The position numbers and the translations under genes were made by a program. This document shows, in pieces, positions 22,408-29,771 of a stretch of 32,000 bases of DNA. Source of the DNA: Pyrobaculum calidifontis JCM 11548 (lineage in GTDB: Archaea; Thermoproteota; Thermoprotei; Thermoproteales; Thermoproteaceae). How positions within the stretch are numbered: position 1 is the stretch's first letter; each line of letters opens with the position of its first letter. The stretch covers positions 1,020,001-1,052,000 of the forward strand of contig NC_009073.1 in assembly GCF_000015805.1 (NCBI RefSeq). Reading direction: 5' to 3'. The notes below the pieces were generated by a model, which had not been told where the DNA came from, made no database searches, and worked only from the letters and a program-made list of their open reading frames with translations.

Positions 22408-22962
22408 TTAACAGAAGTTTTTCATGTACTTTGAATTTAATGAAGTACATATAAAGTCTAGGCTTATCCTGACAGTATCATTAATAGATAGGTAAGATGT
22501 GTCTAAAACTAAGTCAAAAATAGATAGGTTATCAATGTCTATTTCGTATATCGCCAAATACCTCTTCTTGTTCAGCCTCTCCCTCTCCTCTATCTCCCTC
22601 AACGCGGCGTCAAAGCTTACGCCGTCTCTCATAGCCACTCGCCTGGCCCTAACCTCTTTAGACGCCTTGAGGTATATACACACATCTGCGTAGGGTCTGA
22701 CAATCCACGCCGTTAAGTGGCCCTCTAGCACCACGTTGCCGGCCTTGGCCTTCTCCAAGGCAATGGAGTCCACTATTTTATCTATCTCAGTGTTCTGCTC
22801 GGCATATTTGTGAAACTCTAGCAGATCCATGCCGTATTTCGCCGCAAGCTCTCGAAAAATAGACCCCGAAGACACCATGGGCAATTTTAAAACCCGGGCC
22901 ACCTCCCGCGCCACAGTGGTCTTGCCGCTGCCCGGCTGTCCAGATATTGCTACAACTACCAT
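22408..22962 (-). CDS. cmk: Cytidylate kinase, archaeal type
   Basis: VVAISGQPGSGKTTVAREVA is the P-loop, and the remainder matches archaeal Cmk. The gene is in the conserved rpl34e-cmk arrangement, with an ATGA start/stop overlap with rpl34e. Confidence 0.85.
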   Translation of the reverse strand: MVVVAISGQPGSGKTTVAREVARVLKLPMVSSGSIFRELAAKYGMDLLEFHKYAEQNTEIDKIVDSIALEKAKAGNVVLEGHLTAWIVRPYADVCIYLKASKEVRARRVAMRDGVSFDAALREIEERERLNKKRYLAIYEIDIDNLSIFDLVLDTSYLSINDTVRISLDFICTSLNSKYMKNFC

Positions 22963-23216
22963 CAGCGGCGTACTGCGTACCTAATGGCCCTGGCTAATAC
23001 CTTGTGGGAAACAACGCCGCCGTAGGGCCTGCTTGGGGCCCGTGTGGAAATGCCAAATCTATAGACTTTGGAGTTCATCCCGCCGAGGGGTTGCCCAGTC
23101 ACGGCGCACTTCGGCACGCCCTTTGCGCGCTTCTCGTAGTGTACCACTGTGCGGCCCCCAGGCGTCTTTACTTTTACTCTCCTTAGGCTCCGGGAGCGGT
23201 AGGCTGGCCTGGGCAT
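22962..23216 (-). CDS. rpl34e: 50S ribosomal protein L34e
   Basis: [30 protein letters not shown]...C.VTGQPLGG is typical L34e (84 aa). Confidence 0.9.
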
Positions 23217-23231
23217 GACCGGTGGAATTTG

Positions 23232-23243
23232 CCAATTTTTAAG
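23232..23243 (-). promoter_or_regulatory. TATA-like promoter of rpl34e-cmk
   Basis: The minus strand reads CTTAAAAATTGG, centred about 22 nt upstream of ATG 23216. Confidence 0.55.
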
Positions 23244-23265
23244 TTTCTAGGCATGGCTCGAAAAA

Positions 23266-23272
23266 TTTATAA
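23266..23272 (+). promoter_or_regulatory. TATA box of the EF-1alpha gene
   Basis: TTTATAA is centred 25 nt upstream of ATG 23294. Confidence 0.6.
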
Positions 23273-23293
23273 GACTGCGGATAAACGACGCCT

Positions 23294-24628
23294 ATGCCGT
23301 CTATAGTACTGCCACCAAAACCCACGGCACTACAGAAGCCGCACATAAACCTAGCAGTGGTAGGCCACGTGGACAACGGCAAGTCTACGCTGGTCGGCCG
23401 CCTGCTCTATGAGACTGGGTACGTGGACGAGAAGGCGTTTAAGGAGATTGAGGAAATGGCTAAGAAGATGGGTAAGGAGGACTTCGCATTTGCGTGGATT
23501 CTAGATAGATTCAAAGAGGAGAGAGAGCGCGGCGTGACGATAGAGGCTACTCACGTGGGCTTTGAGACGCAGAAGCTCTTCATCACAATTATCGACTTGC
23601 CGGGGCACAGGGACTTCGTGAAGAACATGATCGTCGGCGCCAGCCAGGCCGACGCGGCCCTCTTCGTAATCTCGGCGAGGCCGGGCGAGTTTGAGACCGC
23701 GATAGGCCCACAGGGGCAGGGAAGAGAGCACTTGTTCTTGATAAGGACGCTGGGTATACAGCAGTTAGTTGTTGCTGTGAACAAAATGGACGCTGTTAAC
23801 TACGATCAGAAGAGGTATGAGCAAGTGAAGGCTGAGGTGTCTAAGCTCCTCAAGCTCCTCGGCTATGACCCCAGCAAGATCCACTTTGTACCCGTCAGCG
23901 CCATTAAGGGCGACAACGTAAGAACGAAGTCTCCCAACACGCCTTGGTACCAGGGGCCGACGCTTCTGGAAGTTCTCGACACCTTCCAGCCGCCTCCCAG
24001 GCCTACGGACAAGCCGCTTAGAATGCCTATACAGGACGTGTTCTCCATCACTGGCGCTGGGACTGTGGTAGTGGGCAGAGTGGAGACTGGGGTGCTTAAG
24101 GTGGGCGACAAGGTGGTCATAGTCCCGCCGGCCAAGGTGGGCGACGTCAGATCTATTGAGACTCACCACATGAAGCTTGAGCAGGCGCAGCCGGGCGACA
24201 ACGTTGGCGTAAACGTGAGGGGCATTAACAAGGAGGATGTGAAGCGCGGCGACGTGTTGGGCAAAGTTGACAATATCCCAACGGTGGCTGAGGAGATCGT
24301 GGCCCGTATTGTAGTTCTCTGGCACCCCACGGCGATTGGGCCTGGCTATGCGCCAGTGATGCACATACACACGGCCACTGTGCCAGTTCAGATAGTGGAG
24401 CTGGTGTCTAAGCTTGACCCACGTACTGGCCAGGCCGTGGAGCAGAAGCCTCAGTTCATTAAGCAGGGCGACGTGGCCATTGTGAAAATCAAGCCGCTTA
24501 AGCCTGTGGTGGCTGAGAAGTTCAGCGACTTCCCGCCGCTTGGCCGCTTCGCGCTCCGCGACATGGGTAGGACAATTGCCGCTGGCCAAATACTAGAGGT
24601 TAAGCCGGCGCAGGTCCAGATTAAGTAA
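23294..24628 (+). CDS. tuf: Translation elongation factor 1-alpha (aEF-1A)
   Basis: 444 aa. G1 is GHVDNGKST, G3 is DLPGHRDF and G4 is NKMD. Beta-barrel domains II and III are typical. Confidence 0.97.
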   Translation: MPSIVLPPKPTALQKPHINLAVVGHVDNGKSTLVGRLLYETGYVDEKAFKEIEEMAKKMGKEDFAFAWILDRFKEERERGVTIEATHVGFETQKLFITIIDLPGHRDFVKNMIVGASQADAALFVISARPGEFETAIGPQGQGREHLFLIRTLGIQQLVVAVNKMDAVNYDQKRYEQVKAEVSKLLKLLGYDPSKIHFVPVSAIKGDNVRTKSPNTPWYQGPTLLEVLDTFQPPPRPTDKPLRMPIQDVFSITGAGTVVVGRVETGVLKVGDKVVIVPPAKVGDVRSIETHHMKLEQAQPGDNVGVNVRGINKEDVKRGDVLGKVDNIPTVAEEIVARIVVLWHPTAIGPGYAPVMHIHTATVPVQIVELVSKLDPRTGQAVEQKPQFIKQGDVAIVKIKPLKPVVAEKFSDFPPLGRFALRDMGRTIAAGQILEVKPAQVQIK

Positions 24629-26216
24629 CCTCTTTTCTCAACCTCGGCGTTATACCCCCGTGGTTTGTCCACCTTTCTCCCACTGTTATTAACAGGGGCG
24701 CCGGGACGGACACCCCCACTACCACCGCGTCGTCCTCGTTTAAGGTCTTTAGTAGCCGTGGGTCCTCCAGCTGCTCGGCGACGTTGGCCACGTACTTTAG
24801 GTCGTTGGGGTTTATCATGCGTTTAAAGATCTGAGTCATGGCCTGCGAGGCCACGTCTTGGTCAAGCTTTGCCGGCCTCTGTGTTATTAGGCAGAGCCCG
24901 AGGCCGAACTTTCTCCCCTCTCTTGCTATTCTCGCCAAGTAGCTCCTGCTGACAGACTGTGCGGAGCTGGGGGCGAAGATGTGCGCCTCTTCTACTACTG
25001 TGAAGGTGGTGGCTATTCTGCGCCTTGTGGCGAGTCTGTACAACTGGTCTAGGAGCACTGCGAGGAAGATCTGTTGGTCTAGGCTGTCTAGCCCAGAGAG
25101 GTCGAAGACATGTATGTTGGGCGAGGTGGCGTAGGCCTGGGGGTCTATCAACTTCAGCGGCTCTCCCTGGTAGGTCTCTCCGTACATGGTTATGAAGATG
25201 GGGCTGTTGTAGAATAGGGACTTCAGCCTGCCCTCCAGCCCTCTTAGGGCCATCTCTCCCGCGTATCCAGGCGGTGCCACGTGTCTGCCGCCGTCGAGTA
25301 CCTCTTTTACGAGCTCCTCCACCGAGGTTAGGGGCTGTCTCTCGCCGTAGCTCGTCGCCTGTTGCCACCCCTCCTCCAGTATCCGCCTCTGGGCGTCTGT
25401 GAGACCGTACAAGTCGGCGAGGATCTTTTCCAAGGTCCTTGGCGGCAGACTGCGGGGGTTTATCCCCACCCTAGTGTATACACGTGGGTGGCCGTACCGC
25501 TGGGCGAAGGCCTCGTCGACGTGTTTGACGTCTACCTTCCCCACTACGTATATCCGCACTTTTTCAGATACCTGCTTCCCCTTGTCTGTGGCGGGGATAG
25601 ACATGGCGGAGTATTCCCCGTGGGGGTCCACGATTATGATAGGTATGTCTAATAGGCTCAGTCTCTCCACTATGACTCCCGCGAGCCAGCTCTTCCCCGC
25701 CCCAGTGCTTGCCAGTATTGCGCAGTGGTGGGTGACGAGCCTCTCTGCGTCTATGCGCACTGGTATGTCTGTGCCCTTTACTGTGCCCACTGTTATATAC
25801 ACGCCGTCGCTTCTCGGGGCGAAGAACTCCTCAAGCTCAGATTTTGACGCCTTGTAGACGTAGGAGAGGGGCTTGACCGGCTTCTGAGGCCTATAGATCC
25901 TCCCTCCTCTGCGGGCTCCCAGGACCACTGCCTTTGCCTCTGTGTAGTAGAGGGCGTCTTCTATGCCCAACGTCTCTTTCACCGTGTCTACGGTCTCGAC
26001 GTCGTCGAAGTGGGCTATGAGCCGTGGGTCCGTGGCAGTGTTTCTGTGCCTAACCGCCGTCACCTTCGATAAGACGCGGGCCCCGTCCACCTCCACGGCG
26101 ACGAAAGTCCCCACGTCTATTTCTATACCTCTAAAGGGCCTGAATATGTAGTAGTATATAGAGGGCGACCGTATGACGACGCCGATCTTTTCCACAAATG
26201 TAGGACCTTCCGCCAA
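24621..26216 (-). CDS. HerA/FtsK-superfamily ATPase (DUF87/HerA-like, HAS-barrel N-terminus)
   Basis: 531 aa. The N-terminal IGVVIRSP... is barrel-like. HHCAILASTGAGKSWL is the Walker A, FTVVEEAHIFAP the Walker B, and LCLITQRPAKLDQDVASQ the HerA C-terminal block. The ORF-track start is TTG 26216. GTG 26195 (MEKIGVV...) is an alternative, given a TATA-like element at 26227-26235. Confidence 0.85.
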   Translation of the reverse strand: MAEGPTFVEKIGVVIRSPSIYYYIFRPFRGIEIDVGTFVAVEVDGARVLSKVTAVRHRNTATDPRLIAHFDDVETVDTVKETLGIEDALYYTEAKAVVLGARRGGRIYRPQKPVKPLSYVYKASKSELEEFFAPRSDGVYITVGTVKGTDIPVRIDAERLVTHHCAILASTGAGKSWLAGVIVERLSLLDIPIIIVDPHGEYSAMSIPATDKGKQVSEKVRIYVVGKVDVKHVDEAFAQRYGHPRVYTRVGINPRSLPPRTLEKILADLYGLTDAQRRILEEGWQQATSYGERQPLTSVEELVKEVLDGGRHVAPPGYAGEMALRGLEGRLKSLFYNSPIFITMYGETYQGEPLKLIDPQAYATSPNIHVFDLSGLDSLDQQIFLAVLLDQLYRLATRRRIATTFTVVEEAHIFAPSSAQSVSRSYLARIAREGRKFGLGLCLITQRPAKLDQDVASQAMTQIFKRMINPNDLKYVANVAEQLEDPRLLKTLNEDDAVVVGVSVPAPLLITVGERWTNHGGITPRLRKEVT

Positions 26217-26233
26217 TTTAAGGCCGTTATATA

Positions 26234-26485
26234 TTACAAGACTCCCTCCTCTCTAATCTCAATTCCCCCCTCGTACACGTATAGCGTGTACTTAGGCGGA
26301 TCTACTACCACGAAGTACTCCACGGGGGCCGCTCTCCTCACTACGCCTTGCCTATCTATGAAGACCTTTAGCCAGTGGTTTCTGTGTTGTACCACTATCT
26401 CGTAGAGGCCGCCCACGGGCTCTCTGCCGCCTTTGAAGTTGAAGGCTATCTCCTCGCCGCAGACTGGGCACCTCAGCCGAATCAC
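26234..26485 (-). CDS. Small orphan protein with CxxC ... HxxH
   Basis: 83-aa ORF MIRLRCPVCGEEIAF...VVQHRNHW... sits in a tight co-directional string, 19 nt after dph2 and 17 nt before the HerA-like gene. No family recognised. Confidence 0.5.
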   Translation of the reverse strand: MIRLRCPVCGEEIAFNFKGGREPVGGLYEIVVQHRNHWLKVFIDRQGVVRRAAPVEYFVVVDPPKYTLYVYEGGIEIREEGVL

Positions 26486-26504
26486 ATATGGAAATATACA
26501 GGTT

Positions 26505-27413
26505 TTAAAGAAGTCTCGCCGCGGCCCTGGGGTCGAGCCCCTCTTTGTACTCGTAGTAGTTAAGTATGGGGGTTTTTACGCGGTCTAGGTCGTCTAGCCC
26601 AATGCGGGGACACGCCGTGTTTATTACCAAATCTAGCTGCAAGTCGTCTATATACTCGGGGGTCACCTCGTCTAAGACGATGAGGAGGAAGCCCCTCTCT
26701 GCGAGCTCGCGTGCCTTCTCCTCCTGCCTCTGGCCGGGCTTTGTGGTCAAAATCACGCCGACTCTCTTCGTCTCGGCGATGTGGGCCCTGGCCTTCAGCT
26801 TCATAAGCCGTGCAAACTCGCTCTCGACGTCTTTGACCTCGCCTCTGAACGGGTCTATTTGGTACACCCTTGTGTGCGGGTAGAAGAGCTTGACTGTGAG
26901 GGGGTAGAAGGAGCCTGTGGCAACTACGTAGGCCACCTCGCCTGGTGGCTCGCCTACCCAGCAGCCCGTGATGGGCTCCTTGGCCATTGGGAACCCCGTC
27001 TCTCTCTGGACTACTTCGGCGATTCTCCTGTAGGGCAGTGGGTAGTATATCTTTCCCTCGACCTCTGGCCGGGGGAGGCGCGGCGGGGGCTTGTAGTAGA
27101 CGGGGAGGAAGTAGACCTCCACGCCTCCGGCCGCTAGCCGGTAGACGTCTTCCTCGACTTTTTCCAGAGACGCGCCCAGGTTCTTCTTAAGCAAGTGCGC
27201 TATGTTGGGCGGAACGCCGTGGCCGAGGTGGAAGATTCGCCTGTAGCGTGGGTCAATTCTCACGTCGCAACTGCCCCAGACGGGCCTTCCGGAGACGGCG
27301 GCGCCGGTTTTCTCTGCGATCTTTAGCGCAAGCCACTTAAAGCCGGGCGGCGCCTCGATCAGGGTGTCGCGGTCGGCCTCCCACGCCTTTGGGTGCACTT
27401 CTACGTGTTCCAC
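26505..27413 (-). CDS. dph2: Diphthamide synthesis radical-SAM enzyme Dph2 (2-(3-amino-3-carboxypropyl)histidine synthase)
   Basis: 302 aa. Three spaced Cys residues occur in the expected contexts (GSCDV, ITGCWVG, INTACPRIGLDD). Confidence 0.8.
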   Translation of the reverse strand: MEHVEVHPKAWEADRDTLIEAPPGFKWLALKIAEKTGAAVSGRPVWGSCDVRIDPRYRRIFHLGHGVPPNIAHLLKKNLGASLEKVEEDVYRLAAGGVEVYFLPVYYKPPPRLPRPEVEGKIYYPLPYRRIAEVVQRETGFPMAKEPITGCWVGEPPGEVAYVVATGSFYPLTVKLFYPHTRVYQIDPFRGEVKDVESEFARLMKLKARAHIAETKRVGVILTTKPGQRQEEKARELAERGFLLIVLDEVTPEYIDDLQLDLVINTACPRIGLDDLDRVKTPILNYYEYKEGLDPRAAARLL

Positions 27414-27419
27414 CGCCCC

Positions 27420-29210
27420 TCATGGACTAGAGTTTAAAGCTTTTTCAAGGGCTTCTTTTATCTCCCTCCGATGTTGCTGTAGTTTTTCAAAGTATTTGGC
27501 GAACTCTGCCTTTACCTCAGCCGCCAGCTTTGCCGGGGGCACTCCGTCTCGGACTATTGAGTTCAGTGCGCGCTCTATCTTGGCCCTGACGGTCGGCTCA
27601 ATGAGCTCTGGGACGTATTGGAAGAGGGCGGTGGCCAGGGCCATCCCCAGCGGCGTTGGCGTACACTTGCCTTTCTGTAGCCTCATGTAGCCCCTCTTGA
27701 CGTTTGTGTGAATGTGGTCTTGCATTGTGGCATCTGTGCCTATGCCGTACTTCTTCATGAGCGCGAGGAGCTCCGACTCAGTCATTGGGGGCGGTGGCTG
27801 GGTCTCCCTCTCCACTACGGAGACCTTGACCGCGTACGCCGCCTCGCCTGGCTTTACCACTGGAAGCGGCTTTTCCGCCTGCCTCTCCCAGGGGTAGATG
27901 CGCCAGTACCCCTCGTCCAGCGTTCTCTGCCCCTCTGCCTCTAGCTCAATTTTGCCAAAGGAGACCACTATCTTCTGTTTTTCCACCACGGCGGGGGGGC
28001 TTAGGGTGGCTAGGAAGTGGCGGACTACGAAGTCGTATATGGGCCACGCGTATGCCGCGGCTTTTCCAAACCGTCTGTACAACTCGTCTTTGGTGGCCCC
28101 CTTGGTGGGGTATATGGGCGGGTGGGCGCCGTCGTCTGAGTCGCCCCTCGTGGGCCTAAACCCGGCCTTGAGTAGCCCCCTGGCGTACTCCCCGTGTTCT
28201 CCCTTGGCGAGCTCTTGTAGGACCTCCCGCAGGTCTAGGCTCGGGGGGTATATGGTTGTCTCAGTTCTTGGGTATGAGATATAGCCGGCGCGGTAGAGCT
28301 CCTCGGCCACGTCAAGCGTCTTTTTCGAGTTTATTCCAAGCCACCGGCTGGCTCTCCGCTCCAGCTCCACAGTCTCCAGAGGCTCTGGGGGCTCCACCTT
28401 GTGTGGCCTGTACACCGCCGCTTTTACGACGCCGCGCTTAATTAGAGAGGCGGCGGCCTCTGCCTCAGCCCTAGTCTTATACCTAACTTCTGAGCCCATT
28501 TCCACCCGGTGGCCCCCTATGTCCACCACGGCTTTTATTACGTAGTACTTCTCCGGCTTGAAGTTTATCCGCTCTAGCTCTCTGTTGACCACAATGCCGA
28601 GCACCGGCGTCTGGCAGGGGCCGTAGCTTAGAAACTGCCCCTTCTCCAGCGAGTTTCTCACGGAGAGCGTCAGCGCCCTTGTGAAGACGGCGCCTAGGGT
28701 GAGGTCTATCTGCATCCTGGTAAATACCTTCTCCACTAGCTTGAGGTTTAGTGTGTCGGGCTTTTGAAAGGCGGCTCTTATGTCCTTCGGCGTAACTGCG
28801 TTAAATTTCACTCGGTACAGCCTGGCTCTCCTGTTGACTGCCCTCACGGCTATGGCGGCCTCGTAGGCTATAGCCTCTCCCTCCACGTCGGCGTCTAGGG
28901 CGAGGTAAACCTCGTCTGCCCTTCGTGCGAGGGACTGAAGCGCCTTGACGTACTGCGCCGCCTCGTCGCGTATGACGAGGAGCGGAGTGGCGTGAAAGAG
29001 TTGCTCGGGGGGTATCCAAGTCCACACGTTTTCACGCGCCGCGAAGTCGAAGTCCATGATGTGGCCCATGAGGCCCAGGCTGACGGCCTCGCCGCCGTAG
29101 TTGAAGAAGTACGCTGGGACGCCGTAGACCCTTTGGGCTCTGTAGCTTCCGCCGAGGAACTGGGCTATTGCCTTAGCCACCGACCGCTTCTCGGCGACGA
29201 TGAGTTTCAC
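27420..29210 (-). CDS. topA: Type IA DNA topoisomerase (Topo III-like, no C-terminal Zn-ribbon repeats)
   Basis: 596 aa. TOPRIM N-terminus MKLIVAEKRSVAKAIA with DADVEGE. The active-site block is GYISYPRTETT (catalytic Tyr). Domain III/IV signatures are present (GIGTDATMQDHI). TATA-like GACTTTTATAC lies about 24 nt upstream. Confidence 0.95.
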   Translation of the reverse strand: MKLIVAEKRSVAKAIAQFLGGSYRAQRVYGVPAYFFNYGGEAVSLGLMGHIMDFDFAARENVWTWIPPEQLFHATPLLVIRDEAAQYVKALQSLARRADEVYLALDADVEGEAIAYEAAIAVRAVNRRARLYRVKFNAVTPKDIRAAFQKPDTLNLKLVEKVFTRMQIDLTLGAVFTRALTLSVRNSLEKGQFLSYGPCQTPVLGIVVNRELERINFKPEKYYVIKAVVDIGGHRVEMGSEVRYKTRAEAEAAASLIKRGVVKAAVYRPHKVEPPEPLETVELERRASRWLGINSKKTLDVAEELYRAGYISYPRTETTIYPPSLDLREVLQELAKGEHGEYARGLLKAGFRPTRGDSDDGAHPPIYPTKGATKDELYRRFGKAAAYAWPIYDFVVRHFLATLSPPAVVEKQKIVVSFGKIELEAEGQRTLDEGYWRIYPWERQAEKPLPVVKPGEAAYAVKVSVVERETQPPPPMTESELLALMKKYGIGTDATMQDHIHTNVKRGYMRLQKGKCTPTPLGMALATALFQYVPELIEPTVRAKIERALNSIVRDGVPPAKLAAEVKAEFAKYFEKLQQHRREIKEALEKALNSSP

Positions 29211-29270
29211 ATATCGGTTTCCACGGCCGTATAAAAGTCAACTTAGAAACCTTTATATAAGAGGGGGTGG

Positions 29271-29771
29271 ATGTCTCCTATGGCATCTGAAGACAGGGAG
29301 GAGAAGCCGCTGAAGAGGCCTCCCCCGCCTAGGCAAGCCCCGCCGCCTCCCCCGCCTCAGTTTCAACAGCCAATGCCGCCTCCTCCGCCACAGCCGCCGC
29401 CAATTCCGCCGCCCACTGCGCCTTACCCCCCGCCGCCGGGAACTATTAGGACCCAGAGGGCGCCTCCGCCCCAGTTCCCACAGCCTCTTCCACAACAGCC
29501 ACTTTCGCCCCCGCCCCAGCCGACGGCCCCTCAGGAGGTTGCGCCGCCTAGGAGGCCAGCTAAGCCCGTAGGCGGGGAAAAGGCGCATTCACTGCCCCTC
29601 TTCGGAATTGTCGTCGCCCTCATAGCGGCGCTCATGGGCATTGTGACCTCCATCGTCTCCATATTCAACGCCGAGTTGAGCATCTCTCTGCTGGCGGTGG
29701 CAATAGCGGGGACAAACGCCGCTTTGATCATAGTCGCCATTGCCCTCTGGCGGCTTCTCTCGAAGAGGTGA
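29271..29771 (+). CDS. Proline-rich, C-terminally membrane-anchored protein (function unknown)
   Basis: 166-aa ORF. Residues about 14-105 are dominated by Pro/Gln (PPPPRQAPPPPPPQFQQPMPPPPPQPPPIPPP...), followed by two predicted TM helices and a basic end (WRLLSKR). TTTATATAA at 29252-29260 fits a leaderless start at the second ATG (29280) better than at 29271. Confidence 0.55.
   Translation: MSPMASEDREEKPLKRPPPPRQAPPPPPPQFQQPMPPPPPQPPPIPPPTAPYPPPPGTIRTQRAPPPQFPQPLPQQPLSPPPQPTAPQEVAPPRRPAKPVGGEKAHSLPLFGIVVALIAALMGIVTSIVSIFNAELSISLLAVAIAGTNAALIIVAIALWRLLSKR

Noticed and set aside
29253-29588. 111-aa Arg-rich minus-strand ORF mirroring the proline-rich gene
   Set aside because: It is the reverse-complement artefact of CCN-rich codons (CGG/AGG/GGN). 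It has no TATA box in the right place, and the plus-strand ORF continues into convincing TM helices. I cannot exclude it completely without comparative data.
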